In this document: piece after piece, positions 38,497 through 47,436 of the stretch
How the letters are laid out: every line of letters starts with the position of its first letter
Position numbering within the stretch: position 1 is the stretch's first letter
Assembly: GCA_900542305.1 (NCBI GenBank)
Contig: UQMU01000007.1
Coordinates: 7,579 to 71,578 of the forward strand
Direction: 5' to 3'
DNA: 64,000 bases
From: an uncultured Collinsella sp.
GTDB lineage: Bacteria; Actinomycetota; Coriobacteriia; Coriobacteriales; Coriobacteriaceae
Program-made: the position numbers and the translations under genes
Notes under the pieces: generated by a model
The model's input: the letters and a program-made list of their open reading frames with translations, nothing else
Database searches by the model: none
What the model was told of the DNA's origin: nothing

Positions 38497-40446
38497 ATGA
38501 GGAAAACTCACCCCGTCAACGCGCTCAAGAAGCTAGGCATAGGCCTCGCCTTTGGAGCTGCAACCATCATGTCCATGCCGACATCTGCGCTCGCCTGCAC
38601 GCAGATATACATGGGCAAAAACTATACGGCCGACGGCAATACGTACTACGGCCGCGCCGAGGACTTTGGCAAGCGCTATCTTAAGCACTACGGCATCGAA
38701 CCTGCCCACGAACCTGGCTTTAAGTACAGCTCGATTGAATCTGCTTTTGAATACACTTCGAACAAGCCTACCTATCGTTACAGCTATGTACGCGACCACC
38801 CCTCCAACTGGATGGGTCGCACCGACGCCTATTCCGAGGCCGGAATCAACGAGAAGGGCGTCTCCTGCTCTGCCACGCTAAGCACTTCCTATAACGAGGA
38901 GGCCGATGCAGCAGACCGCATCGATGAGAAAGTGGGTCTGGGCGAGTACAGTTACGGCAGCATCATCCTGGGCGAGAGCGCCACGGCCCGCGAGGGCGTC
39001 GAGCTTCTCGGCAGACTGATCGATGATCAAGGCGTCTGCACCAACGACCAGATCATCATCGCCGACAACAACGAGACCTGGCTGTTCGCCACACTTTCCG
39101 CCCATCAGTGGATCGCCATGAAGCTCGCTGACGACGTCGCGTCGCTCAACCCTAATATCGGGAGCCTCAACTACGATGTCGACCTTGATGACCCCGAGAA
39201 CTGCCTACACTCCGAGGGCATCGAGTCCATGCCCGTGGAGAAGGGCTTCGCCAAATACTCCGCTGACGGCAAATTCGATGTCGCCCAAACGTATGGCGAA
39301 AGCCTCGCCGATTCCGGCGTAAACCAGTGGTCCCGCTATGTGCAAGGCCGCGATTATTTTGGTAGTCAGCTGACCGAAGGCACAGATTACGACATTATCA
39401 CAGTAAAGAAGGATGGAAAACCTGACCAAAAGGGAGCCATGGTCAGCGAAATCCAGCCCCTGTTCTTCAGGCCTGGCAAGTCTGGCTGGAGCACCTTTGA
39501 GCTGATTCGTGCCTTTGGCAACCGCGGCGAGAACGTCCCTGGCCTCAACGCGAACACTGATGGTGTTTATTGCATCGGCAGCGAGCGCAACACCGAGATC
39601 AACCTCTTCCAGATTCGTCGCGGGTATGACCCCGAAGTCGCTACCATCCAGTGGGAAATGCTCTCCCGCGCCGCGTACTCCGTCGCCATCCCGTTGTACT
39701 CCGCTCTGATAACTGAGGTCAGCCCGTACTTCAGCGATCAGACCGTCTCCTTCGATCACTGCAACCAGACTGACGTCGTGTACAACGAGGAGCCCGAGAA
39801 CTCAATCAACTACGTCCTCATGGACATCAGCTCGCTCTGCTTCGAGAACCCTGACACCCTTGGTGTCAGCGTCCGTGCCTACCTCGATGCGCTCCAGAAC
39901 GAGCTTATCGAGCAGAACAAGGAAGTTGACGCCGCCATGCTGGCCGAGACGACCACCGAGGGCCGCACCGCCCTGGCCAACAAGGCCGGCAAGGCTGCTA
40001 CCGAGAACACCTACAAGAAGTGCAAGGCACTGCTCCAGGAGATGCGCGCCTATCAGAAGGCCGAAAACTTCGACCAGCCCTTTACCCCAAGCGACCTGAA
40101 CACCGAGACCAACGGCCTCAAGGTGTCCATCACCTACGCCAAGGATGCTCTTGCCACCGATCCGGTCACCCCGGATCAGCCCGGCACTCCTGAGCAGCCT
40201 GGCACTCCCGAGCAGCCCGCTAAGCCCGAGCAGCCCGCTAAGCCCGAGCAGCCGGCCGCCAAGCCTGAGAAGCCTGGCAAGTCCGACACCACGACCACGG
40301 TAACCACTAACAAGACGAACACCAAGGGCGGCCTGCCCACCACTGGCGATCGTTTTGATGGCCGCATGGTGGCCGCATTCGCCATCGCTGGCGTTGCCGT
40401 CATCTCCGCGGGCGGTTACTTCCTCTACCGTCGCAATAAGGAGTAA
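38497..40446 (+). CDS. Secreted C69-family dipeptidase with LPXTG sortase anchor
   Basis: Signal peptide ending ALA-C (N-terminal nucleophile CT), GINEKGV, SATAREGV, PEQP repeats, LPTTG + TM + RRNK. Confidence 0.88.
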   Translation: MRKTHPVNALKKLGIGLAFGAATIMSMPTSALACTQIYMGKNYTADGNTYYGRAEDFGKRYLKHYGIEPAHEPGFKYSSIESAFEYTSNKPTYRYSYVRDHPSNWMGRTDAYSEAGINEKGVSCSATLSTSYNEEADAADRIDEKVGLGEYSYGSIILGESATAREGVELLGRLIDDQGVCTNDQIIIADNNETWLFATLSAHQWIAMKLADDVASLNPNIGSLNYDVDLDDPENCLHSEGIESMPVEKGFAKYSADGKFDVAQTYGESLADSGVNQWSRYVQGRDYFGSQLTEGTDYDIITVKKDGKPDQKGAMVSEIQPLFFRPGKSGWSTFELIRAFGNRGENVPGLNANTDGVYCIGSERNTEINLFQIRRGYDPEVATIQWEMLSRAAYSVAIPLYSALITEVSPYFSDQTVSFDHCNQTDVVYNEEPENSINYVLMDISSLCFENPDTLGVSVRAYLDALQNELIEQNKEVDAAMLAETTTEGRTALANKAGKAATENTYKKCKALLQEMRAYQKAENFDQPFTPSDLNTETNGLKVSITYAKDALATDPVTPDQPGTPEQPGTPEQPAKPEQPAKPEQPAAKPEKPGKSDTTTTVTTNKTNTKGGLPTTGDRFDGRMVAAFAIAGVAVISAGGYFLYRRNKE

Positions 40447-40633
40447 CGTCCTAGCTGTGCGGGCGAGGCAGCAATGGCAGCCTCGCCCGCTCAGCCCGCT
40501 CTTTTGACCGGCGGGAAACCCGCCTGAAATCTTTTCAAAAAAGATTTCCCCGCACACACTTTGCTGTGTTATAGTGCAGCGCAACAGCAACTAGGTGCGA
40601 CCGCGCCATGGCATCACGAAAGGAGCCACCGAC

Positions 40634-40702
40634 ATGAAGAACACGATGAAGTCTCTTAACAACTGGTGGTGGCGTGATGCGAATACGATCGGTCGACAGT
40701 GA
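40634..40702 (+). CDS. Tryptophan attenuator leader peptide MKNTMKSLNNWWWRDANTIGRQ
   Basis: AAGGAG RBS, three tandem TGG codons, followed by a terminator hairpin. Confidence 0.85.
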   Translation: MKNTMKSLNNWWWRDANTIGRQ

Positions 40703-40738
40703 GTCCCTCACGCCTGTTTTTGCGCTCTAGGTGATTGG

Positions 40739-40770
40739 AAGGCCTCCGGTTTCGACCGGGGGCCTTTTTC
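40739..40770 (+). terminator. Attenuator terminator hairpin
   Basis: AAGGCCTCCGGT-TTCG-ACCGGGGGCCTT followed by a U-tract. Confidence 0.8.
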
Positions 40771-40846
40771 TATCTCGAGCCCGATCGCATTCGCATCACG
40801 CGCCTCCGCTTTTCTCTTGCACTCCCATTCCAAAAGGATTTTCACC

Positions 40847-41419
40847 ATGTCTCAGAACACCACCGCCACCCAGCCCCGCACCGTCCAGACCGCCGACCGT
40901 GGCAAACTCGATGTCCGCGCCCTCGTCCTGCTTGCCATCCTGCTCGCCGCCGGCTTCATCCTCAACTTCACCGTCGGCAAGGCCATCTCGGGCATCTCGG
41001 GCGGCATGATCAGCCCCGAGTTCATCATCTCGGCCTTCTGCCTCACCATCCTGGTCGTTCGCCCCAACATCGGCCAGGCGCTCGTCATCGGCCTCATCTC
41101 GGCTGCCGTGATCCAGATCACCACCACTTCGCCGTTCGTCGATTTTGCCGCCGAGGGCATCGCCGCCATGCTCATGGCCGGCATCGTCAACGCCGCCGGC
41201 AAGAACGGTCAAATCAAGCCCGCCATCGCCATTGTCGCAACCTTCCTGACCACATTTGCCTCCGGCGTCATCTTCATGGTCATCAAGATGGCCATGCTCG
41301 GCGTGGTAGGCGAGCTCGCCGCCGCCATGCTGCCCGTCGTTGCCATGACCGCCGTCTTTAACGCCATTCTGGTCGGCGCCCTCTACCTGCCCATCCAGAA
41401 GGCCCTTAGGCTCAACTAA
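40847..41419 (+). CDS. ECF transporter S component, probably tryptophan-specific
   Basis: ~5-6 TM small protein upstream of ECF A/T genes and downstream of the Trp leader. Confidence 0.75.
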   Translation: MSQNTTATQPRTVQTADRGKLDVRALVLLAILLAAGFILNFTVGKAISGISGGMISPEFIISAFCLTILVVRPNIGQALVIGLISAAVIQITTTSPFVDFAAEGIAAMLMAGIVNAAGKNGQIKPAIAIVATFLTTFASGVIFMVIKMAMLGVVGELAAAMLPVVAMTAVFNAILVGALYLPIQKALRLN

Positions 41420-41425
41420 CCCGCT

Positions 41426-41526
41426 CGGCTTTACGAGCCACCCCATCTTGGCGTTAATTCGTCGCTCGCGTACCCAAGTACGCTTCGCTCCTCTTTCGCG
41501 CCAACCTGGGGCCCCTCGTAAAGCCG
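41426..41526. repeat. Structured intergenic element with nested stems
   Basis: CGGCTTTACGAG/CTCGTAAAGCCG, TTGGCG/CGCCAA, GCGTAC/GTACGC. Confidence 0.6.
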
Positions 41527-41569
41527 TCTCCGTGCTTCACCACCAAAGACTGTCCCAAACAACGAGCTT

Positions 41570-41619
41570 TTGGGGACGTTCTTAAACGACTGGTCATTTA
41601 AGAACGTCCCCAATGACTA
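41570..41619. repeat. REP-like inverted doublet
   Basis: TTGGGGACGTTCTTAAA...TTTAAGAACGTCCCCAA; right half identical to 8029-8055. Confidence 0.75.
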
Positions 41620-41631
41620 TGAAAGGTATCC

Positions 41632-43383
41632 ATGGAAACGATCATCAACGTCGACGATGTCTCGTTCTCCTATGGCACGCAGACCGAGCAGACGCTCAGC
41701 CACATTTCGCTCAGCGTGAACAAGGGAGATTTCATCGGCATCATCGGGCCCTCGGGCGCCGGCAAGTCCACGCTTGCCGCCTGCCTGTCAGGTGCCGTGC
41801 CCCACCACTACACCGGCACGTTCTTTGGGTCCGTCATGGTTGACGGCCACGACACCTGCGAGGTCTCGCTGACCGACGTGTCGCAAATCGTCGGCAGCGT
41901 GCTGCAGGATATCGACACGCAGATGGTCGCTTCGATCGTCGAGGACGAGATGCTCTTTGGCCTCGAGAACTTTGGCGTTCCCCACGACAAGATCGAGCAG
42001 CGCTTGAGCGAAACGCTCGAGACCGTCGGCATCAGCGACCAGCGTGACCGCGAGATCGCCACCCTCTCGGGCGGACAGAAGCAAAAGGTGGCCATCGCCG
42101 CCATCCTCGCCATGCGTCCGCGCGTCTTGGTTCTCGACGAGCCCACCGCGGCACTCGACCCCGCCAGCTCCACGCTGGTCTTCGAGACGCTGCGTGAGGC
42201 AAACCGCACACTTGGAATCACCATCGTCGTCGTTGAGCAAAAGGTCGCCCTACTCTCGGAGTACTGCAACCGCGTGCTCGTGCTCAACCATGGCGAAATC
42301 GCGCTGCAGGGCGAGCCACACGAGGTCTTCGCGCATACCGACGAGCTCCGTGCCATCGGCGTCGACTGCCCTCGCGTCACGCGTATCTTCAATAGCCTCG
42401 AGGCCGATGGCCTGGTAAGCGGTACCCCCTGCTTGGATGTCGATGAGGCCGAGCGCCTGATTTCGGGCATCGTCGACCCCGCACACGCGGCCATCGAAGC
42501 CCAAGCGCCTGCCGGTTCCCCGCATGCGCCGTCGTTGCGCCCTCATGCCAAGGACGCAGAACCCGTACTCACCTTCGACCATGTTGAGTTTGCCTATCCC
42601 AATGGCGGCGCCGCCGTACACGACCTTAGCCTGACGCTCTATCCCGGCGAGCTCGTGGGCATCGTCGGCCAGAACGGTGCCGGCAAGACCACGCTCACCA
42701 AGCTGCTCACGGGTCTGCTCAAGCCCGCCTCGGGCAGCGTGCGCGTCACGGGACTGGATACTGCAACCGTCCCCACGAGCCGCATTGCCCGCGAGGTCGC
42801 AACCCTCTTCCAAAACCCCGACCGCCAGATCTGCAAGGACACCGTGCTCGACGAGGTCGCCTTTGGCCTGGAGCTTGCCGGCATCGACCGTGCCGAGGCG
42901 CTGCGTCGCGCCCAGCTCGTCATCGACCGCTTTGGCTTGCCGGCCGACGAGGCGCCCTTCTCGCTCTCGCGCGGTCAGCGACAAATGGTGGCGCTTGCCT
43001 CCGTCGTAGTGGTTGAGCCCAAGATCGTCGTGCTCGACGAGCCCACGAGCGGCCTTGATTACCGCGAGTGCATGACCGTCATGGAAACGGTGCGCACCAT
43101 GGCCGAGCGCGGTTGCGCCGTTATCATGGTCTGCCACGATATGGAAGTCGTCTCGGATTTTGCCGAGCGCATTGTGGTAATGGCCGACGGTCGCATCCTC
43201 GACCGCGGCCGCACGCACGAGCTATTCTCGAACATCGATCTCATGCGGCGTGCCTACGTGGAGCCTCCCCAGGTTATTGAGCTCTCGCGCCGTCTGGCAT
43301 CTTCCGTCTCGACCGCTTTTGCGCAGGTGAGCGAGGTCTCCGATGTCGTTCGAATTACCAAGGAGATGGTCCACCGTGGTTAA
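41632..43383 (+). CDS. ECF transporter duplicated ATPase (A-A' fusion)
   Basis: Two Walker A motifs (GPSGAGKS, GQNGAGKT), LSGGQ/LSRGQ, LDEPT twice. Confidence 0.93.
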   Translation: METIINVDDVSFSYGTQTEQTLSHISLSVNKGDFIGIIGPSGAGKSTLAACLSGAVPHHYTGTFFGSVMVDGHDTCEVSLTDVSQIVGSVLQDIDTQMVASIVEDEMLFGLENFGVPHDKIEQRLSETLETVGISDQRDREIATLSGGQKQKVAIAAILAMRPRVLVLDEPTAALDPASSTLVFETLREANRTLGITIVVVEQKVALLSEYCNRVLVLNHGEIALQGEPHEVFAHTDELRAIGVDCPRVTRIFNSLEADGLVSGTPCLDVDEAERLISGIVDPAHAAIEAQAPAGSPHAPSLRPHAKDAEPVLTFDHVEFAYPNGGAAVHDLSLTLYPGELVGIVGQNGAGKTTLTKLLTGLLKPASGSVRVTGLDTATVPTSRIAREVATLFQNPDRQICKDTVLDEVAFGLELAGIDRAEALRRAQLVIDRFGLPADEAPFSLSRGQRQMVALASVVVVEPKIVVLDEPTSGLDYRECMTVMETVRTMAERGCAVIMVCHDMEVVSDFAERIVVMADGRILDRGRTHELFSNIDLMRRAYVEPPQVIELSRRLASSVSTAFAQVSEVSDVVRITKEMVHRG

Positions 43384-44122
43384 CGTCATCGACTACATGC
43401 CGGGTGACACGCTGCTGCATCGCCTGAACCCCGTCGTCAAACTGGGCCTCGCCGCCGCCATCATCGTCGGCATCTTCTTGTCCGACACCTACGTGGCGCT
43501 GCTGGGCTTTTTGGCGCTCACCCTTGCCCTGGGTGCCTATGCGGGCGTCGTCAACCGCCTGTTCTCGCTGCTCAAGTTGCTGATTCCGCTCGCGCTTATC
43601 ATGCTGGTGCTCCAGCTGGCCTTTATGCGCGATGGCAACGTGGTGTGGAGCTTTATCACCGACACGGGCCTCATCACGGGATCGAAGGCCTGTCTGCGCC
43701 TGCTGGGTGTGGCGTTACCACTCATCCTCATGCTCACGGTGACCAAGCTCAACGACCTTGCCAACGCCTGCGTCGAGGTGCTGCACGTACCGTATCGCTA
43801 TGCCTTCACCTTTACCACGGCGCTGCGCTTTGTGCCGGTGTTTGGTCAGGAGATGAACGCCATCATGGAGGCGCAGACCGCACGCGGCGTCGAGTACGAC
43901 ACCAAGAACCCCATCAAGAAGCTTAAGCTCATGCTGCCACTGTGCGTGCCGCTGCTCATCTCGAGCGTGGGCAAGACCGATGCCACAGCCTTGGCGGCAG
44001 AACAGCGCGGCTTCTATCTGCGTACGCGCGCCAGCTCGTACAAGCGCTACCCCATCAAGGGCCTGGACATCGCCGCGCTCATCGTCAGCATCGCCCTCAT
44101 CGCCATCGGCTTCCTGTTCTAG
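43376..44122 (+). CDS. ECF transporter transmembrane component T
   Basis: LHRLNP, ALRFVP, AQTARG and EQRGF motifs. Confidence 0.92.
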   Translation: MVNVIDYMPGDTLLHRLNPVVKLGLAAAIIVGIFLSDTYVALLGFLALTLALGAYAGVVNRLFSLLKLLIPLALIMLVLQLAFMRDGNVVWSFITDTGLITGSKACLRLLGVALPLILMLTVTKLNDLANACVEVLHVPYRYAFTFTTALRFVPVFGQEMNAIMEAQTARGVEYDTKNPIKKLKLMLPLCVPLLISSVGKTDATALAAEQRGFYLRTRASSYKRYPIKGLDIAALIVSIALIAIGFLF

Positions 44123-44151
44123 TTCACCACCGACAGCAACCGTCCAACGCA

Positions 44152-44188
44152 AAAGGCCTCGGCTCGCACCAAACGAGCCGAGGCCTTT
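44152..44188. terminator. Bidirectional terminator
   Basis: AAAGGCCTCGGCTCG...CGAGCCGAGGCCTTT between convergent genes. Confidence 0.7.
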
Positions 44189-44247
44189 ACTGTTTCACCA
44201 GATAAAACCTACCAAAATAAACCTGTCCCTTTTTGGCGGGTCGGAAG

Positions 44248-44994
44248 CTAGAGGCGGTAGGGGACGCCGCTGCGGATGATGGATTCGCGCACCAGGACAT
44301 CCATGGCGTCGAGGGTGATCTCGGGCATCTCTCGGTACTTTTGCAGCACCGATAGCTCGGTGCAGGCCAGAATGACGCGGTCGCAGCCGCTACGGGCGAA
44401 CTCCCACATCACGCGGTCGAACTTATCCATATCGGGCTCACGTCCGGCCTTCACATCATCGTAGATAAGCGACATCACATCGTTCTGACGTTTCTCGCTG
44501 GGATAGACGACCTCAACACCCGCAGCCTTACATTCGCGGCCGTAGACACCCGCGCCCACGGTTCCGTCGGTGCCCATGATGCCAATCTTGTGCACCGGCT
44601 CGGCCGGCATACTCAGGTTGGGGTCGAACTCGCACTCCCCCATCACCGCACCGGCCAGAGCATAGCGCACCGACTCACGCGGCATGTGGATAATCGGCAC
44701 CTTCGTAAACGACTGGATCTGGTCGTAGAAGTAGTGCGACGTGTTGCAGGGAATGGCAATGTGCGCACAGCCCAGCGACTCGAGTGCCTGGGCACACTCT
44801 TTCATGGTCGCCAGCAGCTTGGCATGCTCGCCGGTCTTAATGGCCAACGTGCGGTCGGGCATGGTCGACTTGGAGAGCACCACCATGTCGATATGTTCCT
44901 GATCGCAGGCAGCAGCCGTATGACGCACCACCTGGTCGTAGTAATACGACGTGGCCTCGGCGCCCATGCCGCCGATAACTCCCAGCTTTTCCAT
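44248..44994 (-). CDS. Aspartate racemase
   Basis: GVIGGMGAEAT, PDRT, IPCNTSH, ILACTELS two-cysteine motifs. Confidence 0.88.
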   Translation of the reverse strand: MEKLGVIGGMGAEATSYYYDQVVRHTAAACDQEHIDMVVLSKSTMPDRTLAIKTGEHAKLLATMKECAQALESLGCAHIAIPCNTSHYFYDQIQSFTKVPIIHMPRESVRYALAGAVMGECEFDPNLSMPAEPVHKIGIMGTDGTVGAGVYGRECKAAGVEVVYPSEKRQNDVMSLIYDDVKAGREPDMDKFDRVMWEFARSGCDRVILACTELSVLQKYREMPEITLDAMDVLVRESIIRSGVPYRL

Positions 44995-45078
44995 CGCCGC
45001 CTCCTTGATGACGCTTGCGCAATTGCGCGTATCATACCCGCGCCCGCCCGATGCAAACCGGACGGGCGCCGCGCTCAT

Positions 45079-46335
45079 CTACTTGTAATACGTCTTGAAC
45101 AGCTTAAAGTGGCGCAGCTTGGTGTGCCACATGCGCAGCCAGCGGTTAAAGACAAAGTCGCCCTTCATAAACGAAGGGTCGGCGCCCTTGCCTTCCTTGT
45201 CCAGGCGATGCACCTTAGCGCGCAGCTCGGGATCCTTGACGTACTTGTCGACGACGCCCATGGGGACGACCATCCACAGGGCCTCGTCCTGAGCCGTCAC
45301 AAACTCCGGCTCAAACGGACGGTTGAACACATACTCGTCCACCACATACTTGGCAACGTTAAAGCCGCTGTTGGTAACGTAGTAGTTGCTGCGGCCCTGG
45401 CGCGTGTTGAAATCGAAGAACTTAAACGAGCCGTCGCGCTCGTCGTACTTAACGTCAAAGTTGGAATAGCCCACAAAGTGAAGGTCCTCGAGCAACTTGC
45501 GCACGCCGCCCATGAGCTCGTCGTTGGGCTCGGTAATGATACAGGCATGGTTGCCGACACCGTGGGGCTGATGCTCCTCGAGCAGCACATGGCCCAGGCA
45601 CATCATGCGCACCTTGCCGTTGCGGTCGGAATAGCTGGTGAGCACGCGCATGTACTCGTCGTTGCCGGGCACGCGATCCTGCAAGATCAGGTCGTCGGTG
45701 TAGCCGCTGGCATACGAATCGCGAATGACCTGTTCCAGCTCGGCGCGGTCGGCAATCTCATAGGCCTTCTTCTGGCCCTCGAACTCATGCTGCCACCACA
45801 TGATGCCGTCAGAAGGCTTCAGAATCATCGGGTAAGGAAAATCGATCTGGTCGAGCACTTCGGCAGGCGCCTCACCCTGGGCATTAAGCATCGCCTTGGT
45901 AAAGGTAAACGTGTGCGGATAGGGCACGCCATGCTTCTCGCACAGCTCGTAGAAGATCTCCTTCTTCTGGCACTGCTCGAGCATGCTGTAGGGCGCGTAG
46001 GGAGCGACGATGTTATCCGCCAGCTCATGAGCATCTTTGGCTTGAGCCACGAGAGCGACATAGTTGTCGCCACAACCCACAAGGACAATCGTCTTGTCGG
46101 CATGCGCTTGGGCAATGCCGTTGACGGTTTTGAGCATCACGGGCATGGTGTCGATATCCACGTTGGGCGTGTAGTCGATAATCTGGCTGCGGTACGCGGG
46201 ACCCGTCTGATACTTGCCAAAGACCAGACTCTTGACCTGGTACTCCTCGTAGAAGGCGCGCGCCACCGAATAGGCGTTGATGTCGCCACCAAGCAGCACG
46301 GGAATGAACTCGCGCTCTGTAAATTGCAATGCCAT
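45079..46335 (-). CDS. ATP-grasp D-aspartate ligase (Asl-like)
   Basis: PVLLGGDINAYSVARAFYE, ILQDRVPGND, LLEEH, NFDVKYD, NTRQGRSNYY; paired with the racemase. Confidence 0.8.
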   Translation of the reverse strand: MALQFTEREFIPVLLGGDINAYSVARAFYEEYQVKSLVFGKYQTGPAYRSQIIDYTPNVDIDTMPVMLKTVNGIAQAHADKTIVLVGCGDNYVALVAQAKDAHELADNIVAPYAPYSMLEQCQKKEIFYELCEKHGVPYPHTFTFTKAMLNAQGEAPAEVLDQIDFPYPMILKPSDGIMWWQHEFEGQKKAYEIADRAELEQVIRDSYASGYTDDLILQDRVPGNDEYMRVLTSYSDRNGKVRMMCLGHVLLEEHQPHGVGNHACIITEPNDELMGGVRKLLEDLHFVGYSNFDVKYDERDGSFKFFDFNTRQGRSNYYVTNSGFNVAKYVVDEYVFNRPFEPEFVTAQDEALWMVVPMGVVDKYVKDPELRAKVHRLDKEGKGADPSFMKGDFVFNRWLRMWHTKLRHFKLFKTYYK

Positions 46336-46569
46336 GGAAACTTCCTATCATGAACTGCCCACACAACGGGCGGTCTTTGCGCAACTGATTTATTCTAGCG
46401 TGCCAAGCCGCCGGCGCCCAAAGCTCCACCGTATCTATGGCAATCGACGTAATCGTCCAGCACGAAGGCCAGCACGAAGACGGCGCTCACCGTTGTATGA
46501 CAATGGGCAATGAACCTACCATTGTTGTAGGATTCAGCGTATTGACATCCTCAAACGAAAGGCGCACAC

Positions 46570-47202
46570 GTGCCCCAAGACCATCCGACCGATAATCCCA
46601 TCCTCAATGCCGCGAAGCGCGAGCTGGCGGAACGTGCGAAAGCGACCGCTCCCCTGTGCATGGCAAACGACGCCTACAACGGACCCGCCCGCATCGTCTC
46701 GATCAACACGTCGGCGCACAAGGGCACGCGCAAGTCGCCCGTCGCCGATGGACACGACACCGTTATAGAGCAATTTGGCCTCGCCACCGATGCGCACGCC
46801 GGGCATTGGCACCGCCAGGTCTCTTTTTTAGCCGCGGAGTCCATCCAGACGGCGCAGGCACGCGGGCTCGACGTACACGAGGGTGACTTTGGAGAGAACT
46901 TCACCACGCAAGGCATCAATCTACTCTCGCTCCCCCTGGGAACGCAGCTCAAGATTGGCAACGATGTCCTGGTCGAAATCAGTCAGATCGGTAAGGTCTG
47001 CCACACCCGCTGTGCCATCTACTATCTCGCCGGCGACTGCATCTTTCCCCACGAGGGCGTTTTCGGCGTGGTACTAAAGGGCGGAGAGGTCTACGCCGGC
47101 GACGATATCCAGGTAATCAAACTCGGCGACGGCACCTGTTCGTTCACCCCCGCCGAGGCCCTCGAAGAGATTGAGCAGGCTCGCCAGAAGGGCACGCTGT
47201 AG
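46570..47202 (+). CDS. MOSC-domain protein
   Basis: DAHAG.WHRQVS, GDFGEN, QIGKVCH..CAI...GDCIFP.EG motifs. Confidence 0.88.
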   Translation: MPQDHPTDNPILNAAKRELAERAKATAPLCMANDAYNGPARIVSINTSAHKGTRKSPVADGHDTVIEQFGLATDAHAGHWHRQVSFLAAESIQTAQARGLDVHEGDFGENFTTQGINLLSLPLGTQLKIGNDVLVEISQIGKVCHTRCAIYYLAGDCIFPHEGVFGVVLKGGEVYAGDDIQVIKLGDGTCSFTPAEALEEIEQARQKGTL

Positions 47203-47327
47203 TTATAAAACCCCACGTTGAGATGGCTTTTACAGCCCAAAACTCCTCTCAAACAGGGCTCTGTAACGTTAAAGTTGAACTCTATGGTTTCTCAACAATT
47301 CATCATAACTGCAGGTCAAAGCCAAAG

Positions 47328-47346
47328 CCTCAAGTTCAACTTGACC
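47328..47346. promoter_or_regulatory. Palindrome CCTCAAGTTCAACTTGACC, MerR/SoxR-like operator
   Basis: TCAAGTT-C-AACTTGA perfect dyad, with degenerate neighbours at ~47265-47290 and 47354-47376. Confidence 0.45.
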
Positions 47347-47436
47347 CTTTGGGACCTTTAAGGTTCAAGTTGAGGTCGAAAGCAGTAGTAGAATACCGTT
47401 CGAACCATAACCTACGATTGATTGCAGAGGGACTGG

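Noticed and set aside
40171..40280. 18-bp tandem repeats as a possible CRISPR array
   Set aside because: In-frame PEQP(G/A)(T/K) cell-wall linker of the LPXTG dipeptidase; no spacers or cas genes
44590..46353. 587-aa plus-strand ORF
   Set aside because: Antisense to the ligase and racemase genes; no domain signal
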